Shown piece by piece: positions 39,046-48,982 of a DNA stretch of 64,000 bases. The notes below the pieces were generated by a model, which was not told the DNA's origin, did not search any database, and saw only the letters and a list, made by a program, of their open reading frames with translations. The stretch spans positions 21,991 through 85,990 of the forward strand of contig CACAWY010000005.1 of the NCBI GenBank assembly GCA_902536385.1. Reading direction: 5' to 3'. The position numbers and the translations under genes are program-made. The stretch comes from an uncultured Pelagibacteraceae bacterium. Its GTDB lineage: Bacteria; Pseudomonadota; Alphaproteobacteria; Pelagibacterales; Pelagibacteraceae. The first letter of the stretch is position 1; every line of letters starts with the position of its first letter.

Positions 39046-39729
39046 TTATATTTTTTCTATAAAGATATGATTAAAATTAGATTTGCTAGACCAAATTTTT
39101 TTGTATCCTAAATTTTCTAAAAACTTATATATTTCAGATTTAAAAATATTTTCCTGTATAATTTCAATACAAATAGTTTTAGGACGATAGATATTAAAAT
39201 CTAAAGATTTTAGAGCTTCAAAGTCGGCTCCCTCAACATCAATATTTAAAAAGTCAATTTTTTTGTTCCTATATTTAGATTTATTTAAAATGGTATTTAG
39301 CTTAAGAGAATTAATTTTGCTCTCTTTTATTTGGCCTTGCATTCTCTCTTTTGAAACTTCCTTTTTTATCGTTGACAATTGGCTAAATTTTTTTTGGTAG
39401 TAAAATGAAATTTTTTTATCATCGTTAGAAACAGCTGAATTAATATTAACGTCATTAGGCCTTAAAAAATTAAATAATTTTATAGAAAATTCACTTATAT
39501 CAATATTTATGCCGCTCCAATTTTTTTTATATAGTAAATAAGTATTATTTAGATAAAAAGGGTGATAACAACCAGCGTCAACATAAAATCCGTTTTTAAT
39601 ATTTTTAGTAATATCTGAAATAATTAAATCTTCCCCTTCCATTGAATAAGATTTTTTTTTAATAAAATATTTATGTTTGATATAAATATTATGGAGAATA
39701 TGTAGTTTTTCAAAAAAATTATCTAACAA
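39046..39729 (-). CDS. FkbM family methyltransferase
   Basis: SYS..GED, GFYVDAGCYHP...NNT, W.GINID, IDFLNIDVEGAD. Confidence 0.85.
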   Translation of the reverse strand: MLDNFFEKLHILHNIYIKHKYFIKKKSYSMEGEDLIISDITKNIKNGFYVDAGCYHPFYLNNTYLLYKKNWSGINIDISEFSIKLFNFLRPNDVNINSAVSNDDKKISFYYQKKFSQLSTIKKEVSKERMQGQIKESKINSLKLNTILNKSKYRNKKIDFLNIDVEGADFEALKSLDFNIYRPKTICIEIIQENIFKSEIYKFLENLGYKKIWSSKSNFNHIFIEKI

Positions 39730-39731
39730 AA

Positions 39732-39995
39732 TTATTCTACGTTATTTAACTCACTTTTAATTTTATTTATAAACTTATTAATAAGTATTCTTTCGTCTTT
39801 TTTTAAATAATTTTCTTTGTTAACTGCCTTTTCCATTTCAATTTTAATTGAATTTACCATTTTTTTTCTACCTTCTTTAGTCAGAAGAATATCAGTTTGT
39901 CTTGTAATGTTGTTTAGAGTTTTTCCAATTGTAAATTCAAATACAATTATCAGTGCAATAACTGCTATTAGTGTTTTATAAATATAATTTCTCAA
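39732..39995 (-). CDS. Hypothetical protein with N-terminal TM helix
   Basis: ORF fills the gap in a tightly packed operon. Confidence 0.6.
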   Translation of the reverse strand: MRNYIYKTLIAVIALIIVFEFTIGKTLNNITRQTDILLTKEGRKKMVNSIKIEMEKAVNKENYLKKDERILINKFINKIKSELNNVE

Positions 39996-40313
39996 TTAAA
40001 TAAGTCCTTTTTCACTTAAAAGTTTTTTGAGTTCGCCCTTTTCAAATAATTCTTTAACTATATCGCATCCTCCTATGAACTCCTTTTTAATATAAAGTTG
40101 TGGAATAGTTGGCCAATCACTGAATTCTTTTATTCCTTGTCTCAAATTTTCATCCTCTAGAACATTCACACCCATAAATTTAACGTTTAAGTGTTTAAGA
40201 ACATTTGAAACTGCCATAGAGAATCCGCATTGAGGAGCGTCTGGAGTTCCTTTCATAAATAAACAAACATCATTTTCATTAATAATTGTTTGAATTTTGT
40301 TTTTAATTTCCAT
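39996..40313 (-). CDS. grxD: Monothiol glutaredoxin (Grx4)
   Basis: FMKGTP..PQCGFS, WPTIPQLY, GGCDI. Confidence 0.95.
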   Translation of the reverse strand: MEIKNKIQTIINENDVCLFMKGTPDAPQCGFSMAVSNVLKHLNVKFMGVNVLEDENLRQGIKEFSDWPTIPQLYIKKEFIGGCDIVKELFEKGELKKLLSEKGLI

Positions 40314-40543
40314 TATCTCTCCTTTGTAGTTATCGATAAAGCGTGTAATTCATTACCCATTTTACCTTTAAGCGATTTGTAAACGAGTTTGTGTTGTTCA
40401 ACTTTACTCATCCCCTTAAATATTTCAGATTTTATTATTGCGGAATAGTGATTATTGTCGCCCATTAAATCTTTAATTTCTATATGGGCATCAGGAATTG
40501 TTTCTAAAATAAGTCTTTCTATTTCATCTTTTTGTAGTGGCAT
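40313..40543 (-). CDS. BolA family protein
   Basis: GD.NHY, F.G.S.V.QH..VY, LHALSI; next to grxD. Confidence 0.9.
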   Translation of the reverse strand: MPLQKDEIERLILETIPDAHIEIKDLMGDNNHYSAIIKSEIFKGMSKVEQHKLVYKSLKGKMGNELHALSITTKER

Positions 40544-42723
40544 TAATAATTATTATACCAACTATTATTAATTTTATATAGGTCTTTAACATTTATTTTA
40601 AATTCATTTTTTATTTCAAGATAGTTTTTTTGAGTATTGCCTATATTTTCATAATAAATTTTATTTTCATTTAATATTTCATTCACTAAACCTACTTTAG
40701 ACTCGTCTACTTCTATTAGGTACCTACCTTGATCTTCTCCAAAAAAATATTCAAATAAATTTCTTAGTTTTTTAGGTTTAAGTATTTTAATACCGAAATT
40801 TGAGTTTATAGCCATTTCACTGAGTGCAACCAGAAGTCCACCACTTGAAACATCATGAGCACTAAGCACTAAATTTTTTTTAATTAACTTTAATATAATT
40901 TCACCGTTATTTTTTTCGTTTACCAAATTTACTTCGGGAGGCAATCCTTCTATAATTGAATAATTTTCTTTTAAAAAACAGCTTTGTTGAAGATGTCCAA
41001 AAGTTTTACCAATTAAAAGAATAATACTTTTTTCCATTTTTAAACGGTGATTTAAAGGTTTAGATATGTTACTAATTAATCCAACACCACCAATAACCGG
41101 AGTTGGATCAATATTTTTATTATTTGTACCATTATAAAACGACACGTTTCCAGATACGACAGGATAATTTAAAAATTCACAAGCTTCTTTAATTCCTTGT
41201 ATACACTCTGCGAATTCACCCATTATTTCTTTATTTTCTGGATTTCCAAAATTAAGACAATTAGTTATTGCTATTGGACTTGCACCAACAGATATTAAAT
41301 TCCTCCAATTTTCACAAACTATTTGTCTACCTCCAATTAGTGGGAATGATTTGCAGTAATTTGCAGAAGAATCTACGCTAACGGCAATAGCTTTATCTTT
41401 ATTGTGTATCCTGACTATCGCAGCATCAGCACCCGATTTCTGTATTGTATCGCACATAACCATTTGATCATACTGACTAGTTATCCAACTTTTGTTAGAA
41501 TAATTTGGAGAGGACAAAATTTTTATTAAGGCGTCTTCTAATTTAATTTTTTTAAGTTTCTTTAGATCAGTTCTTTTTTCTTTAGGTTTTTTTTTAACCC
41601 ACTTTCTTTCGTAGACTGGAGCTTTTGAAGCTAAAAATTCTATAGGAATTTCTCCTTCAATTTTATTTTTAAATTTTAATGTCAAATTCTTTGTATTATT
41701 GGTTTTTCCAATTATCACAAAATCCAAATCCCACTTTTCAAAGATTTTCCTAGCGTGATTTTCTTTACCATCTTCTAGTATAATTAGCATTCTTTCTTGG
41801 CTCTCGGAAAGCATCATTTCATAAGGTGTCATATTATCCTCTCTACATGGGACCTTATCTAAATCTAATTCAATACCTAAAGAACCTTTTGAAGCCATCT
41901 CTACACTGGAAGATGTTAATCCAGCTGCTCCCATGTCTTGTATTGCAATGATAGAGTCATCTTTCATTAATTCCAGACAAGCTTCTAAAAGTAATTTTTC
42001 TGTAAATGGATCTCCAACTTGGACAGTTGGTTTTTTTTCCTCTGAATTTTCATCAAACTCAGCCGAGGCCATTGATGCTCCATGAATACCATCACGGCCT
42101 GTTTTAGAACCAACATAAACAACTGATTTGTTTAATCCTTTAGCTTTGGAATAAAATATCTTATTTTTATTTACGTGACCCACTGCCATAGCATTTACGA
42201 GTATATTCTCATTATATGTTTCGTTGAATTTAGTTTCTCCAGCTACTGTTGGAATTCCTATACAGTTACCATAACCTCCAATTCCTGAAACAACTCCATT
42301 TAATAAGTTTTTTGTTTTAGGGTGTGAGGTATCACCAAAATGGATCGAGTTTAAAAGTGCAATAGGTCTTGCCCCCATAGTAAAAACATCTCTTAAAATT
42401 CCACCAACTCCTGTTGCTGCACCTTGGTAGGGCTCAATATAAGAAGGGTGGTTATGACTTTCTATTTTAAAAACTATTGCATCATTATCACCAATATCTA
42501 TGACGCCAGCATTTTCTCCTGGACCTTGAATAATCATTTTACCTTTTGTAGGCAATTTTTTTAAATGTATTCTTGAAGACTTATATGAGCAATGTTCGTT
42601 CCACATTGCTGAAAAAATTCCAAGTTCTAATAAATTAGGTTTTCTCTTTAAAAGTTGAAGAATGCTATTATATTCCTCTTGTTTAAGTCCGTGTTTCTCA
42701 ATAATTTTTTCGTCAATTTCCAT
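40543..42723 (-). CDS. purL: Phosphoribosylformylglycinamidine synthase subunit PurL
   Basis: [39 protein letters not shown]. Confidence 0.96.
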   Translation of the reverse strand: MEIDEKIIEKHGLKQEEYNSILQLLKRKPNLLELGIFSAMWNEHCSYKSSRIHLKKLPTKGKMIIQGPGENAGVIDIGDNDAIVFKIESHNHPSYIEPYQGAATGVGGILRDVFTMGARPIALLNSIHFGDTSHPKTKNLLNGVVSGIGGYGNCIGIPTVAGETKFNETYNENILVNAMAVGHVNKNKIFYSKAKGLNKSVVYVGSKTGRDGIHGASMASAEFDENSEEKKPTVQVGDPFTEKLLLEACLELMKDDSIIAIQDMGAAGLTSSSVEMASKGSLGIELDLDKVPCREDNMTPYEMMLSESQERMLIILEDGKENHARKIFEKWDLDFVIIGKTNNTKNLTLKFKNKIEGEIPIEFLASKAPVYERKWVKKKPKEKRTDLKKLKKIKLEDALIKILSSPNYSNKSWITSQYDQMVMCDTIQKSGADAAIVRIHNKDKAIAVSVDSSANYCKSFPLIGGRQIVCENWRNLISVGASPIAITNCLNFGNPENKEIMGEFAECIQGIKEACEFLNYPVVSGNVSFYNGTNNKNIDPTPVIGGVGLISNISKPLNHRLKMEKSIILLIGKTFGHLQQSCFLKENYSIIEGLPPEVNLVNEKNNGEIILKLIKKNLVLSAHDVSSGGLLVALSEMAINSNFGIKILKPKKLRNLFEYFFGEDQGRYLIEVDESKVGLVNEILNENKIYYENIGNTQKNYLEIKNEFKINVKDLYKINNSWYNNY

Positions 42724-42727
42724 TATT

Positions 42728-43405
42728 TTAGTTGAGTAAACTATTGAACAAATTTACCCCATCAGTATTTGAAACTAATTGATCTACCATTCTTTCGGGG
42801 TGTGGCATCATTCCCAATATATTTTTTTTTGAATTAAAAATCCCAGCTATATTTTTTAATGATCCATTGGGATTTGATTGTTCATCAACTTCACCGTTTT
42901 CATTACAATATTTTAGAGCAATCAAATTTTCTTTTTCTAATATGTTTAGATGATTAGGATCTGTAAAATAGTTTCCCTCATTATGTGCAATATTTATCTT
43001 TAAAATTTGATTTAAATTATATTTTGAAGTAAATTTTGTCTTGTTATTTACAACCTTAATATTTACATCTCTATTTATAAATTTCAGATTTTTATTTCTT
43101 AATAAAGTTCCTTTTAGAAGACCGGTCTCAGTTAATATTTGAAAACCATTACAAATTCCTAATACTAAGCATCCAGAATTTGCAAATTTTATTACCTCAT
43201 CAATTATTAATGACTTTCCTGCTATTGCGCCAGATCTTAAGTAGTCTCCATATGAGAAACCACCCGGTATAACTATTAAGTCTGATTTGGGCAAAGATGT
43301 TTCTTTATGCCATACCATTTGATTCTTAAATTGCATTTTCTCTAAAGCTGAAGCAATATCTCTGTCACAATTTGAACCAGGAAATACAATAACAGATGAC
43401 TTCAT
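42728..43405 (-). CDS. purQ: FGAM synthase glutaminase subunit
   Basis: [32 protein letters not shown]. Confidence 0.96.
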   Translation of the reverse strand: MKSSVIVFPGSNCDRDIASALEKMQFKNQMVWHKETSLPKSDLIVIPGGFSYGDYLRSGAIAGKSLIIDEVIKFANSGCLVLGICNGFQILTETGLLKGTLLRNKNLKFINRDVNIKVVNNKTKFTSKYNLNQILKINIAHNEGNYFTDPNHLNILEKENLIALKYCNENGEVDEQSNPNGSLKNIAGIFNSKKNILGMMPHPERMVDQLVSNTDGVNLFNSLLN

Positions 43406-43644
43406 TATATTTTATTTATTTTATAATCTTCAATAATTAAATTAACTAAAAGTTTTTCACACATTTCATTTACTTTTTTTTCTCCTATTTTGGGGTCTGT
43501 TTCTTGCACTTCAATTTCAAAAAACTTTCCTTGTCGTATACTTTTTAAATTGTGCATTCCCATATCTAATAAAGTATTTTGGACCACCTTGCCTTGAGGA
43601 TCTAATACATCTTTTTTGAGAGTTACTGTAACTGAAAATTTCAA
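43405..43644 (-). CDS. purS: FGAM synthase subunit PurS
   Basis: VLDPQG, RQGK, LL.N.IIEDY. Confidence 0.93.
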   Translation of the reverse strand: MKFSVTVTLKKDVLDPQGKVVQNTLLDMGMHNLKSIRQGKFFEIEVQETDPKIGEKKVNEMCEKLLVNLIIEDYKINKI

Positions 43645-43645
43645 T

Positions 43646-44437
43646 TTATTTTTTTTTGAATTTTATAGGAATAGTTTTACCGAAATTCACCTCACTAATA
43701 TTAGTCTCTTCCGGCATTATTCCTAATCTTCTTGCTACTTCTTGGTATCCCTGAATAATATTTCCTAAATCTTTTCTAAATCTATCTTTATCTAATTTTT
43801 TTTCTGTTTTAGAATCCCACAATCTGCAAGTATCAGGACTGATTTCATCGGCTAAAACTATTTCTTTTTTTTCTGTATCTTTGTTCCAAGCCTTCCCATA
43901 TTCTATTTTGAAGTCTATCAGTTTTATACCAATACCTCTAAAAATTCCCGTCAGTAAGTCGTTAATTCTTAACGTTGTTTTATCTATGATTTTAATTTCA
44001 TTTTCAGTTGCCCAACCGAAAGAAAAAATATGCTCTTTAGATATTAATGGATCTGATAACTCATCTTTCTTATAACAGTATTCTAAAAGAGGTTTTTCTA
44101 GTACTGTGCCCTCTGGAATACCCAATCTTTTTGTGAGAGATCCCGTTGCAATATTTCTTACAATAAATTCTATTGGAAAAATTTCTGCTTTTTTAATTAA
44201 TTGTTCTCTCATATTGAGTCTTTTAACAAAATGTGTTCTGATTCCACATTGAGAAAGATTTGAGAGAATGTATTCAGAAATTCTATTATTTAAAACACCT
44301 TTTCCTTCAACTTTGGCCTTTTTAAGATTATTAAATGCTGTAGCATCATCTTTAAAATGTTGAATGACTAAATTCTTATCTTTAGTTTCATAAATGATTT
44401 TCGCTTTACCTTCGTATAATTTTTTACCTTTATTCAT
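43646..44437 (-). CDS. purC: SAICAR synthetase
   Basis: LYEGKAK, FKDDATAFN, DFKIEYG, LADEISPDTCRLWD, DKDRFR. Confidence 0.96.
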   Translation of the reverse strand: MNKGKKLYEGKAKIIYETKDKNLVIQHFKDDATAFNNLKKAKVEGKGVLNNRISEYILSNLSQCGIRTHFVKRLNMREQLIKKAEIFPIEFIVRNIATGSLTKRLGIPEGTVLEKPLLEYCYKKDELSDPLISKEHIFSFGWATENEIKIIDKTTLRINDLLTGIFRGIGIKLIDFKIEYGKAWNKDTEKKEIVLADEISPDTCRLWDSKTEKKLDKDRFRKDLGNIIQGYQEVARRLGIMPEETNISEVNFGKTIPIKFKKK

Positions 44438-44445
44438 CAGATAAC

Positions 44446-45741
44446 TTATTTTTTAAGACTTCTTTTGAAAATTATATTAATTTTTTTCGTATGATAACTA
44501 AAATTAAATAACTTTTTAAGTTTATTAACAGGTATTTTAGCAGTAATTTTTTTATCAGAAATTATATTACTATAAAAAGAGGAGTTATTTTCCCATGAAT
44601 TCATTGCATTTTTTTGTACAATTGTATAAGCCTCTTCTCTAGTAAAGCCATGATTAGTTAATTCAAGTAATACTCTTTGTGAAAAAAAAATTCCATTGGT
44701 TAAGTTCAAATTTTTTATCATTTTTTTTGGATATATATTTAAATTTTTCACTACACTGGATAATCTGTTTAATGCAAAATCCAAAGTAATAGTTGCATCA
44801 GGGCCAATATTTCTCTCTACAGCTGAGTGTGAAATATCTCTTTCATGCCATAGAGCAACATTTTCTAAAGCAGGGATTACACTAGATCTTATTAGCCTTG
44901 CCAAACCAGTTAAATTCTCACTTAAGATTGGATTCTTTTTATGCGGCATTGCAGAAGATCCTTTTTGCATTTTTCCAAAAAATTCTTCCACTTCTAAAAC
45001 TTCAGTTCTTTGTAGATGTCTTATTTCTATAGCAAATCTTTCTATAGAACTTGCAATCACTCCAAGCGTGGAAAAATACTGTGCATGTCTGTCTCTCGGT
45101 ATTATTTGAGTAGAAATTGGTTCAACTTTCAGCTTTAGCTTCTTCGCTACATGACTCTCTACTTTAGGATCTATATTAGCAAAAGTTCCCACAGCTCCAG
45201 AAATTGCACATGTTGAAATTTCGTTAATAGAATTTTCGAGCCTTCTTTTATTTCTTAAAAACTCTTGATAAAAAGATAACATTTTTAGACCAAATGTTAT
45301 TGGTTCAGCATGAATTCCGTGACTTCTGCCAATGCACAATGTGTGTTTATATTTTATTGCTTGACGTTTAATTGAGGCAAGTAACTGATTAATATCTTTT
45401 AACAAAATCGCACCAGATTGTTTTAGTTGTAGATTAAAACATGTATCCAGAACATCAGATGAGGTCATACCTTTATGTAGATACCTGGCTTCTTTTCCAA
45501 CTTTTTCAGTAATTGATGTTAAAAAAGCTATCACATCATGTTTTACTTTATCCTCGATCTGCAAAATTCTATTCACATTAATTTTTGCTCTAGATCTCAC
45601 TTTTTTTGATACGCCTCGAGGAATAATTTTAAATTTTTCCATAGCCTCTGCAGCTGCGAGCTCTATTTCAAGCCATATGGAATATTTATTTTTATCTTCC
45701 CAAATGCTCTTAATTTCTTTTCTTGAGTATCTTTCAATCAT
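44446..45741 (-). CDS. purB: Adenylosuccinate lyase
   Basis: MIERYSR, GRSHGIHAEP, GSSAMPHKKNP, WHERDISHS. Confidence 0.96.
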   Translation of the reverse strand: MIERYSRKEIKSIWEDKNKYSIWLEIELAAAEAMEKFKIIPRGVSKKVRSRAKINVNRILQIEDKVKHDVIAFLTSITEKVGKEARYLHKGMTSSDVLDTCFNLQLKQSGAILLKDINQLLASIKRQAIKYKHTLCIGRSHGIHAEPITFGLKMLSFYQEFLRNKRRLENSINEISTCAISGAVGTFANIDPKVESHVAKKLKLKVEPISTQIIPRDRHAQYFSTLGVIASSIERFAIEIRHLQRTEVLEVEEFFGKMQKGSSAMPHKKNPILSENLTGLARLIRSSVIPALENVALWHERDISHSAVERNIGPDATITLDFALNRLSSVVKNLNIYPKKMIKNLNLTNGIFFSQRVLLELTNHGFTREEAYTIVQKNAMNSWENNSSFYSNIISDKKITAKIPVNKLKKLFNFSYHTKKINIIFKRSLKK

Positions 45742-46490
45742 TAAATATTTGATAAAGTAAAAATTTCACAACTATCTTTAGTTACACCTATAGTATGTTC
45801 AAATTGTGCAGACAAAGACTTATCTTTAGTTACAGCAGTCCAACCATCATTAAGTATTTTTGTTTCAAATTTGCCAATATTAATCATAGGTTCTATTGTA
45901 AAAATCATTCCAGCTTTTATTTTTTCACCCGTTCCTTTTTTGCCATAATGGAGCACATTAGGCTCTTGATGAAAATGCTCACCAATTCCATGACCACAAA
46001 AATCTTGAACAACAGAAAATCCTGCTGCCTCGACATGATTTTGTATTGTAGCTCCGATATCACCTAAGTGAATATCATCTTTTACAATTTTAATGGCTTT
46101 CATCATTGCTTCAAATGTTGTTTTGACTAATTTTTTGGCTTTAACAGACACTTCTCCAATTTCGAAAGTTCTACTTGTGTCTCCATGCCAACCGTTTTTA
46201 AATGCAGTTACGTCAACGTTTAGAATATCTCCATCTTTTAAAATTTTACCAGATGGAATGCCGTGACAAACAACATGATTAACCGAAGTACAGCATGATT
46301 TTGGAAAACCTCTATAAAATAAAGGGGCAGAGTATGCACCATTATCGTTTATAAATTCGTAACAAAGTTTATCAATTGAATCAGTGCTAGTACCTGGTTT
46401 AACAATTTTTGCAACTTCATCCAGTGCCTTTGCAGCAATTGATCCTGCCAGCCTTGTCTTCTCAAAAGCTTCTTTAAAATTATTACTCAT
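45741..46490 (-). CDS. map: Methionine aminopeptidase type I
   Basis: VCHGIP, DVT...G.HGDTS, GHGIG..FH, FTIEPMIN, SAQFEHT. Confidence 0.96.
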   Translation of the reverse strand: MSNNFKEAFEKTRLAGSIAAKALDEVAKIVKPGTSTDSIDKLCYEFINDNGAYSAPLFYRGFPKSCCTSVNHVVCHGIPSGKILKDGDILNVDVTAFKNGWHGDTSRTFEIGEVSVKAKKLVKTTFEAMMKAIKIVKDDIHLGDIGATIQNHVEAAGFSVVQDFCGHGIGEHFHQEPNVLHYGKKGTGEKIKAGMIFTIEPMINIGKFETKILNDGWTAVTKDKSLSAQFEHTIGVTKDSCEIFTLSNI

Positions 46491-47184
46491 AATAATTAAA
46501 TTTTATACAACGATTTAATTTTATTCCTTTTGAATAAAATTTACAATCAAAGCAAAGTATATTTAAATTTTTTTTAACAGCTTTCATTAATAAATCGTTA
46601 TATTTTGAGTCAATATCTTTGGCAATTTTAAATTCATTACAATCATTTCTCTGGATTAAAAATATAAGGTATATTTCATAACCTTTTTTATTAGCATTTA
46701 TAAGTTCATTAATATGCTTCAAGCCTCTTAAGGTAATCGAATCAGGGAACTCAGCTATTCCATTTTTTCGTGATAAGGTAACACTCTTAACTTCTATAAA
46801 TATTTTTTTTTTTAAATTAGAAAGAAAAAAATCAAATCTTGTGTTTTTACCAAATTTAACTTCCTGATTTATAACGTCGATATTCTTGAATTCATTTATT
46901 AAATTACTATCTAATGCTTCACGAACTAATTTATTGGCAAGATGAGTGTTAATACCAACTTTTACTTTTTTATTTTCAATTATTTGTAAAGTATATTTCA
47001 ACTTTCTTTTAGGATCATTAACTTTACTTAACCAAACTTTGTTACCTTTATTCAATAAACCCATCATAGAACCAGTATTCGGACAATGTGCTGTGACAAT
47101 GCGGTCATTGATTTTTACATCAACAAAAAATCGCTTGTATCTTTTAATGAACACTCCTGGTATTAATTTATTTTTAAAGTTCAT
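46483..47184 (-). CDS. sfsA: DNA/RNA nuclease SfsA
   Basis: KRYKRF, AHCPNTGSM, EVK, RFDF, EVKSVTL, FPD...RG.KH. Confidence 0.92.
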   Translation of the reverse strand: MNFKNKLIPGVFIKRYKRFFVDVKINDRIVTAHCPNTGSMMGLLNKGNKVWLSKVNDPKRKLKYTLQIIENKKVKVGINTHLANKLVREALDSNLINEFKNIDVINQEVKFGKNTRFDFFLSNLKKKIFIEVKSVTLSRKNGIAEFPDSITLRGLKHINELINANKKGYEIYLIFLIQRNDCNEFKIAKDIDSKYNDLLMKAVKKNLNILCFDCKFYSKGIKLNRCIKFNYYE

Positions 47185-47200
47185 ATATAATTATTGATCT

Positions 47201-47962
47201 ATGAAGAAAAAAAACAAGAAAGTAAATGCCGCTATTTTAATAATTGGCAATGAAATTTTATCTGGAAGAACACAAGATAAAAATGTAACTTTTATAAGCA
47301 ATTGGCTAAATTTAAATTGTGGCGTGACTGTTCAGGAAGTAAGAATTATACCAGATGTTGAAAAAACAATTATCTCAAATGTAAGAAATTTATCTGGGAA
47401 ATTTAATTATGTTTTTACTACAGGAGGAATAGGCCCAACACATGATGATATTACTGCTAAATCCATAGCTAAAGCTTTTAAAATAAAATACGGATTTCAT
47501 AAAGAGGCGTTTAAAATATTAGAAAGCTATTATGGTAAAAAAAAATTTAACGATGGAAGAAAAAAAATGGCTAAAATGCCAATTTCCTCAAGATTAATTT
47601 ATAATCCATCTAGTGCAGCTCCAGGTTTTGTTACAAAAAATGTTCTATCTCTTCCTGGAGTTCCTTCAATAATAAATTCAATGATTGAGAATTGTAAAAG
47701 ATATTTAATTAAAGGTTTAAAAGTTCACAGCAAAACAATCAATTTATTTACTGTCGAAAGTAATATTTCTAAGAATTTAGAAGTTATACAAAACAAGTAC
47801 CAGAAAAATGTCGATGTAGGGAGTTATCCTTTCTTCAGACTCGGAAAAATAGGTGTTTCGGTAGTGTTCAGATCAACTTCAAAAAAAAAATTAGTAGAGG
47901 TAAATAAGAAAATTTTGAGTTTTGCTAAAACAAAAAAAATTAAAATTCTAAAATTAAATTAA
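47201..47962 (+). CDS. CinA-like molybdopterin-binding (MoCF) domain protein
   Basis: IIGNEILSGRTQDKN, TTGGIGPTHDDIT, LPGVP, GSYPF. Confidence 0.88.
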   Translation: MKKKNKKVNAAILIIGNEILSGRTQDKNVTFISNWLNLNCGVTVQEVRIIPDVEKTIISNVRNLSGKFNYVFTTGGIGPTHDDITAKSIAKAFKIKYGFHKEAFKILESYYGKKKFNDGRKKMAKMPISSRLIYNPSSAAPGFVTKNVLSLPGVPSIINSMIENCKRYLIKGLKVHSKTINLFTVESNISKNLEVIQNKYQKNVDVGSYPFFRLGKIGVSVVFRSTSKKKLVEVNKKILSFAKTKKIKILKLN

Positions 47963-48907
47963 ACTAAAAACTTCATCTACCTCTATAGAATTAATATCCT
48001 TTGTTTTATGAATTTTTTTACTATCAAGAATTTTTGTGTATTTATTTTTAGGTGCAAATTTTTCTGAATTTGTTGGACCAAATAAAACAATCATTGGTAT
48101 ATCAGCTAGGCTCATCATATGCATTATACCGTTATCAATAGAAACACCAATTTCTAATCTGGAAGATAAAGCTGTTACTAAAGCTGGGCAAGCTAGTTTA
48201 GAATTAAGTTCTGGGAAAATTGCGTTTGGCACTTGGTTCTTTATTTTTTCTATTAATTCAATTTTCTCTTTTTCAATAAAGAAAACTGGGACTTTATTTT
48301 TTGTGATTAATTTATTCGCTAAAGTTAAAAATTTATAAATTGACCAACTTTTTTTTCTATATTTGTTCCCTTGAGTAAGTGAAAATCCTACATAATTTGA
48401 ATTTGGCAATAATCTTTTTGCTTCATTTAGAATTTCTTTAGGAAGTTTTTTTACCTTAAAATTTAATTCAGCCACATCTTCTTCTATAAATAAACTAAGA
48501 TTTTCTAAATGATTAGAAGAGTAAGATTTAATTTTTTTTGATGAAAAAAAACCGTTAAAAGTTCTAGAGTAAAAAGCTAAGTGTGGAATTCTCTTTAGAA
48601 TTAGTGAGTTTCTGAACTTAGTTTGCAAATCAATAATTAAATCAAATTTTCCAAAAATTTTTTCTGATATCTTATTTTTAGCAAAAAACCAATGCCACCA
48701 CCTAAAACCAAAATATTTTAATCCCAAATCAACAGTATCTAAGTGAATATTATACTCTTTTAATTTCCCAATAAAATGATTTTTATGTGCACCTAAATAA
48801 TAAAATTTTGCTTTTTTGTAATGACTTTTCAAACTTATTATCAGAGGGAACAATTGAATTGAGTCTCCTAATCCTCCACCTGAATTATATATTAAGATTT
48901 TTTTCAT
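47954..48907 (-). CDS. Glycosyltransferase family 9 (heptosyltransferase-like)
   Basis: GGLGD, K.W....F, DNG.MH, LFGPT. Confidence 0.85.
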   Translation of the reverse strand: MKKILIYNSGGGLGDSIQLFPLIISLKSHYKKAKFYYLGAHKNHFIGKLKEYNIHLDTVDLGLKYFGFRWWHWFFAKNKISEKIFGKFDLIIDLQTKFRNSLILKRIPHLAFYSRTFNGFFSSKKIKSYSSNHLENLSLFIEEDVAELNFKVKKLPKEILNEAKRLLPNSNYVGFSLTQGNKYRKKSWSIYKFLTLANKLITKNKVPVFFIEKEKIELIEKIKNQVPNAIFPELNSKLACPALVTALSSRLEIGVSIDNGIMHMMSLADIPMIVLFGPTNSEKFAPKNKYTKILDSKKIHKTKDINSIEVDEVFSLI

Positions 48908-48982
48908 TTAAAAACATTATTTTATAAGATTAATTTGTCATATTCAAAACTATTGATCTTTGTTGTAAAATTTAAACTTATT

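Noticed and set aside
44696-45109. 137-aa plus-strand ORF and the many other 60-110 aa ORFs nested in or antisense to core genes
   Set aside because: They lie within well-supported genes (purB, nrdAB, glmS, tuf, rpl genes, rpoBC), have no family motifs and are expected shadow ORFs.
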